Assembly (NCBI GenBank): GCA_013265495.1
Contig: MU058868.1
Coordinates: forward strand, 248,001-312,000
Reading direction: 5' to 3'
Length of the DNA: 64,000 nt
Source of the DNA: Vicugna vicugna
Lineage: Eukaryota
Shown here in pieces: positions 58,588 to 64,000 of this stretch; position 1 is the stretch's first letter, and each line of letters starts with the position of its first letter. The position numbers were made by a program, and so were the translations under genes. The notes below the pieces were generated by a model, which was given only the letters and a program-made list of their open reading frames with translations, was not told the DNA's origin and searched no databases.

Positions 58588-59120
58588 CCCCGGCCAGGGC
58601 GGCCCAAGCCCCAGTGGCGGACGAGTGCCGGGTCCGCGCTGAGGGCGAGAGGAACCGCGCTCCCCTGCGATACCCCCTCGGTCCGCCGTGGTCGGCACGG
58701 GGCTTCCGACTGCGCCCACCGCCACTGCGCAGGCGCGGCCCAGCAGGGCGGGGCGAGGGGCGGGGCGATGGCAGGGCGGGGCCTGTTGTTGGGGACGGGG
58801 CGTTGGCGGGGCACTGCCGGGCTGGCCCGCGGATCCCGGAGTAGGCTGGGGTCTGAGCCGTGCGGCCTGGCGGACAGGTTATGTTTTTGGTGGCCCGACG
58901 ACTCAAGCCAGTAGCCGGAATCCGGTTCCTGGCACACGGCCTTCAAACCCCGAAGCGAAGGGTTTGCACCTCGGGGCCCAGGCCTGCGCCTGCGCAGACG
59001 GACACCTCCCACGCGGCCCCTGGATCCCGCGAGTAGCTCGCGGTTGCGCAGGGCGACGCGGAGAGCGCTCCGCCCTGCTCCGGGTCCCCAGAGTGGGGCT
59101 CGGCCCTCGGGGTCCCCCTG
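58290..59120. promoter_or_regulatory. DGKQ CpG island and GC-box promoter
   Basis: CpG-dense. Clustered GGGCGGGG (Sp1/KLF) boxes at about 58747-58782, roughly 160-195 nt upstream of the ATG. Boundaries approximate. Confidence 0.75.
58314..58587 (-). CDS. DGKQ: DGKQ exon 1 coding part (274 nt)
   Basis: [23 protein letters not shown]...[31 protein letters not shown]; GTGAG donor. Confidence 0.96.
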
Positions 59121-60834
59121 GAGTCAGTGGGGCGGGAAAGGGGCTGAGATCCCAGGGTAGGGGTCCCAGATTGAGGTCTGGAGAGGACCCAGAACCTCTG
59201 GGTCCACGTCTAGGCGTCCATGGTGGAGGAGGCGGGCGATGGAGATGGCTCTGGGGCTGAGATGGCCTGCCTCCCCTGCATGCTCCAACCAGCCTTGCAT
59301 GGGCGGCTCTTGTCTGCAGGGTCTTGGGAGGCGTGGACCTTGCCCAGCCGCGAGCAACCCCAGGCGCTAGGCCCCTGTCCTCACCACAGACCGGACTCCT
59401 GGCCAGCGATGGCCAGGGCCTGCAGCCCGCCGGGACGCTGTTGTCCCGCCTGCTTGCGGATGGTTTCTTGCAAGAGGATTCTCCTCCCATCAGCTCTGCC
59501 TTGGGAGCCGGAGGGTCTGGCACCCTCCTGCATGGCCTGGCAGCTGACTTGTCTGTGCTCTGTCTCAGGCCTCCTGGACCCTTCCCCGTTGTGGAAGAAC
59601 CTCCTCCACCGCACTCCCAGGGGATGCAGTGAATCCCAGCCCCCAAACTGCCCCCCACCCAGAGTTGTCTTTTCCAGTAGGTGCTGGAGAGGTGTCCAGG
59701 CGGGTCACCCTGCCCCACTCCGGGGTCCCTGCCCCTGTGGCCCTGACTGCAAATTGCAGTGGGAGTGACCAATCTGGGCATCATGGGCCAAGGGGCCTCC
59801 CTGGGACCTGGCTGGTCCCTGCCTTGTTTTTGTGAGCTACCCTGGAGCCAGGCCCCCACCACAGCAGGGCGAGCAGGGGCAGCAGGGCCCCAGAGGAAGA
59901 GAAAACTAGGGCAGGGGAGGAAGCCAGGGGAGGATAATATAGAGGAAAATGCCTGGAGGCTGAACTTGCTGTGAGGGGCTGCATAGAGGGGACAGAGAGA
60001 AGAGATGAGATGGGTGGCTGAGAGAGGGAGGGTGGTGCCAGGGGCTGGCCTGAAGAGCAGAATGGCAGACCCCTGAGAAGGTGGGTGGGAGCTTGGCCTG
60101 GTTGTGCACCTGGAGTCCTGGGCTGGCTTCCCTGCTCCCCTGGGGCTGAGTTCTAGGGCAGATAGACAACACCACACTGAAAAACCAGCCCAAAACACCA
60201 CTTAGTGTCTTGGTGCCAGCCATGGATGGGAGGAGCCAGGACTGAGTGACCATGAGGACAGACATCCAGGGAGGGGAAAAAGAGCCCTGGGGCAGAGTGA
60301 TGTTGGAAAGGCAAGGACACCCCTTCCTGTGGGGCTCCTCAGCTGGCCCCTGGGCACTGGGGCATCGGAGCATCAGGCTCACTGCCCACCTCCCCCTCCC
60401 AGCCTCAATCCATGTGGCCTGAGGGCCCACTCCTCCCTGTCTCCTCAGCACATCCCCCAACCTGTCTCAGGCCAACCTGCCTCCCCCGTGGCCCAGCCAC
60501 GCGCCTGCGAGATGCGGAGGTTTCTACTGAAGCCCAGTCCCCATAATCCAAAGCACAGCTGGCTTCTAAGGAAACAGGCTTTCAGTACACACCTTTCTCC
60601 CTCTGTGAGAAAGTGGAGAGCAGGGAAAACATCTTGAAAAGGAAAACCCACATCTGACAATTTCTGCAGAACTCAAACTGTTTTCTGATCCAGTATAGTA
60701 ACTAAAATGGCAAACCTACTTCCATCAAACTGTCCCATGAATTTCTTAGAAACCTTCCAAAATAATTAACAGCTTCTAGGTGAAGCTTAAACTTAAACCT
60801 TTGCTTGGGACATTTTACAAAATTCCAGACAGTC

Positions 60835-61130
60835 AACTTAAACAACAGACATTTACTTCTGTCGGTTCTAGACACTGGAAGTCTGAGATCAGGGTGCCAG
60901 CATGGTTGTTTCTGGTGAGGGCCCACTTCCTGGCCTGCAGACAGAGAGAGAGGGAACTGACCCCCCCCACCTTATGATCTCATCTGACCCTAATTACCCC
61001 CAAAGGCCTACCTGCAAATACCATCACACGGGGTTAGAGTTTCAATTTACTAATCAGCGAGAGAATCTACTGTTGTTTAAGCCACCCAGTTTGTGGTGCT
61101 TTGTTCTGGGAACCCAGGAAAACTGACGTT
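60835..61130. mobile_element. MLT1-type MaLR LTR fragments (minus-strand piece about 60835-61050, plus-strand 3' end about 61060-61130)
   Basis: AAACAACAGACATTTAC...GGAAGTCTGAGATCAGGGTGCCAGCATGG; TGTTTAAGCCACCCAGTTTGTGGTGCTTTGTT. Confidence 0.7.
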
Positions 61131-61179
61131 CACACAGACTCTGCCAGCCTGACCAGAAGGCCCAGAAATGGCCAGTCCT

Positions 61180-61740
61180 GCATTATTTGGTGACTGGCTT
61201 CTCACCCCACATTTCGTCTTGGGCTCCACTGGTGGGTCTGTGTCCTGCTGCAGTAGGTGCTGCCTCTCAGTCCTACATCAGCAGGCTTGGATGTTGGTGC
61301 CAGACCTTGCCTGTTACAAAAAGCACTTCTGGAAACATTCTTGTCCATGTGTTTGGATACCTTGTGCACACATGTCTACATGTGCACCTTTACTTCTTAG
61401 AAAACAATCCCAAACAGCTCTCCAAAAGTAAAAGTTCACACTTCTACCAGCAGGAGACTTCCCTCTCTTCTGCTGCCCACTTTTGCCAGCCCTGGACACC
61501 AGCAGTCTCACATCCCAGCCTCTCTGGTAACGGTGCAGAGGTATCTACGTTGCTGTGGCTTTTGCCACCCAGTGGCGAGGGAGGCCAGCACCTGGTCCCA
61601 GATCGGTCTGCATCTGCAGCTGTTCTGATGAGACACTGCTAGGTGTCTTTGTCACTTTTTTATTGAGTTCTTTTCTTATTGATTTATAGGAATTCTTTAT
61701 GCATTCTGGAAGTGACTCCTTTGTCAATTACAGCCCATTC
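61180..61740 (-). mobile_element. Degenerate antisense L1 fragment
   Basis: TTTTTTATTGAGTTC...GGAATTCTTTATGCATTCTGGA. Confidence 0.5.
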
Positions 61741-61749
61741 TGTCTTCTT

Positions 61750-62301
61750 AAACTTACTCTCTATAAAGTCGCCACGAACTTAGAATCCCTGAGTCCTCGA
61801 ATGCTGATCAGCCACTCTGGGGAAACTCGGAGTTGCTTCCTGCCAGCCTCTGGTCACAACATGTTCACCAATGGGTCAACACGGAACCCCGTTGCATGTG
61901 TTTTCCGTTCAGGGCCGCCTATTGGAGGCACACTGTTGACTCACCAGCACTGACCCCCGGCCAGCGGTGCTGTCCCTTGTCCTGAACGGAGCTCACCCGA
62001 TGCCAGAGCTCCTCTGCCGGGCACGGCCCAGTTTCTTGCACAGAACGCTGGGTGGAACGAGTACGTGGCTGGGGCCTGTGTAAGCAGCAAAATCACCAGC
62101 CGAGAGCACAAGAGTGGAAATGCAGCACCGAACCAGCAGGAGGAGGACACGCTCACAGGTGAGTGGACACAGGAAGGCCAGGTCTTGGTTTCCAATGCTC
62201 GGCACACGGCCACAGGCGACCTCAAAGGTGCCGTGAGGGTAGATGGTGGGGACAATGGGTCTTCGCAAAGACAGGACCCAGAAATATTGGGATGGACTGC
62301 A
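61750..62301 (-). mobile_element. MER6-like TcMar-Tigger DNA transposon fossil
   Basis: CTCTATAAAGTCGCCACGAAC, CCTGCCAGCCTCTGGTCACAACA and CAAAATCACCAGC, ending GGATGGACTGCA, resemble the recalled MER6A consensus. Confidence 0.6.
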
Positions 62302-62612
62302 TCCACACCCTCCTGCACATCACCTTCTCAGTGGTGGTTCTGGGTCAAAGGCATTCTTTATTTCCCTCTGTGCCAGCTGGTCAGCCTTTCCCTTCTGGGA
62401 AGGGCCTTTGAGTCCTGTTCAAGCACCTGCCTGCCCTGAGGCTATGAAGATGCTCCTGTCTGAGGAAGAGAGCTGTCTGTCTCCAAGTGTACACCTGCCA
62501 GCCCCCAGGCAGTGTGGTGTGAAGTGGGTCTCATGTCCACTCAGCCGACACATGGCCAGTCAGCGTGATGCGGGCCAGTCCAGGTTTGGGGCAGCCTGAG
62601 GTTGATGGGCTG

Positions 62613-63120
62613 TCTTTAAGAAAAATGCAAAATTATTATGATAAAATTAGATACACATTTTTTCAGAATGAGAGAAAATCACAACAAAGTGAACATTAAA
62701 AACACTGACAAATGGCACAAACATCACAAAATCCAGGAAAAAAACCCTACAACTTTCATTCATAACTGCTTCCTACTCCACGATTGATTCTGTTTTCATC
62801 TACATTTTTATTGTCTGTTTTTATAACAATTTTGTAATATCATTGTCCAGGGAGAGAAGAGAGAGAAAAACTCTTTCCTGGTTGTGTCATGCACATTGTC
62901 AAGGCTGCTGTCAAGCCTGGAGACAACTTTGTTGAGTCTGTTTCATCTGGAAGCTGGGACGGCTCGGGGTAGTGCACTTTTCTTGTGTCATGACTCATCC
63001 AAAACGCCCTGTGCTCTGACGGGCCTTCTTACATGGTGCCCTTGTCACACTGACTATGGGGTCCGCTCTGTCTTGTCGGTGTCAGCGTCTCCTGTGAAGT
63101 CAGCAGGATGTCCGATCCTT
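62613..63120. mobile_element. Zaphod/MER115-like hAT-Tip100 fossil
   Basis: TTTAAGAAAAA...GAAAATCACAACAAA...CACAAACATCACAAAATCCAG...TTTTGTAATATCATT resembles the recalled consensus. Confidence 0.55.
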
Positions 63121-63659
63121 TCCCCAAAGTGCACATGACTTGCTCCTTCCCCTGGCTAACTGCCAGGGGTGTTCCTGGAAGCTGTTTTCTGCACCTGTTG
63201 ACTTCGCTAAGCAAGGAAGTGACAGTGAGGGACAGACATGTCCACGACCCACAGACATTCCCACCACTCAGCTTCCCCTTGGCCAGACCCCGAAAGTGCC
63301 ACCCCAGCCCCACCCCAGCAAGAGGGGAAGTGTGATGGGGACCCAAGATAGTGTGGGAACCGCTGTGGTCATGCTGTCCTAGTTTAGCAAATGTCACAAA
63401 ACCACGTGAGTATATGACCCAGGCCCTCATGAACCCAGGCCACTGTGTGGACCCACGTGTCCCTGCTGTGCCACGCCGTCCACGTGGTTCTGGCGGACAG
63501 TCCCAGTATAGGCTGGCAGAAGCCCTCTGCATGTGTTCCAGGCATGGGCAGGGCCATGTCCCCTCCAGAGGCTGCTCCTGGAGCCCTGTTCTGGGCCCTC
63601 CCCAACTCGTGGCCCCTCCTCCATCATCAAAGCCAGCAGGACTGAACCTTCGTTCTAAA

Positions 63660-64000
63660 ATGTGTACCCAGGTTTGTTTTCATCAGACAGGGTGAGGTGA
63701 CAGTCACGGAGACACCTGCCTTTGAAGAAAGAATTTATGACATTTCTCAAGAGGAGGGACCCCACGACATGCAGGGACACTGGGAGCACAGCTTTGGGTC
63801 AGGAAACAGAAGCAGGAATGGAGACAATGTGGCCCAGAGCCTTTATTGGGGTTTTCGCAGGAAGGGATGGGTGAGGCAGTCCAGGTACAGACAGTCAATT
63901 GAGGACTGGACGTTTTGAATAATTTTGGCAGTCTGAGCTCTGGGGACAGTCTCTGGCTGTTGGGTACATGGCCCTGGGGTGAGCTGGTGCAGATGGGACA
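63660..64000. mobile_element. ERVL-class LTR fragment (MER54/MER74-like), runs to window end
   Basis: CAGAGCCTTTATTGGGGTTTT...GGAAGGGATGGGTGAGGCAG...TTTGAATAATTTT...TGGCCCTGGGGTG. Confidence 0.4.

Noticed and set aside
59200-59770. Plus-strand ORFs and several acceptor-like sites divergent from the DGKQ promoter
   Set aside because: No recognisable protein and no consistent exon chain; a divergent lncRNA cannot be supported from sequence alone.
58903-60201. 432-aa ORF on the minus strand upstream of DGKQ
   Set aside because: It starts at GTG, has Pro/Gly/Arg/Ala low-complexity composition, overlaps the CpG island and shows no recognisable domain; expected by chance at this GC content.
1-64000. 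CRISPR arrays, rRNA, prokaryotic operons or intact transposase/RT ORFs
   Set aside because: None seen; the window is intron-exon mammalian DNA and all mobile elements are degenerate fossils.

Overview
This is a GC-rich mammalian genomic window, not a prokaryotic one. It is the GAK-TMEM175-DGKQ block, syntenic with the human 4p16.3 Parkinson's-disease locus. Two tRNA-derived SINE copies resembling the camelid Vic-1 family suggest a camelid (alpaca, llama or camel); this is an inference. I reconstructed the exons by hand, and every junction is GT-AG and phase-consistent. GAK (minus strand) exons 1-11 lie at 29451 down to 4368 and give 395 codons; the gene continues off the left edge. TMEM175 (plus strand) is complete, with 10 coding exons at 35884-46262 giving 506 aa, plus a putative non-coding exon 1 that shares a bidirectional CpG-island promoter with GAK. 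DGKQ (minus strand) is complete, with 23 exons at 58587 down to 47936 giving 947 aa, arranged tail-to-tail with TMEM175. Introns carry L1, L2, MIR, MaLR/ERVL LTR and hAT/Tigger fossils. Most entries in the ORF track are GC-content artefacts. I found no evidence for a wholly new gene system. The most striking observation is a Met at the GAK kinase gatekeeper position (Thr123 in human, analogous to EGFR T790M). Other notable points are different residues at both human PD-associated TMEM175 positions (Q65 is E, M393 is I), loss of both LXXLL motifs of DGK-theta, and convergent 3' ends with no canonical AATAAA. All human, mouse and repeat-consensus comparisons are from memory and need alignment to confirm.
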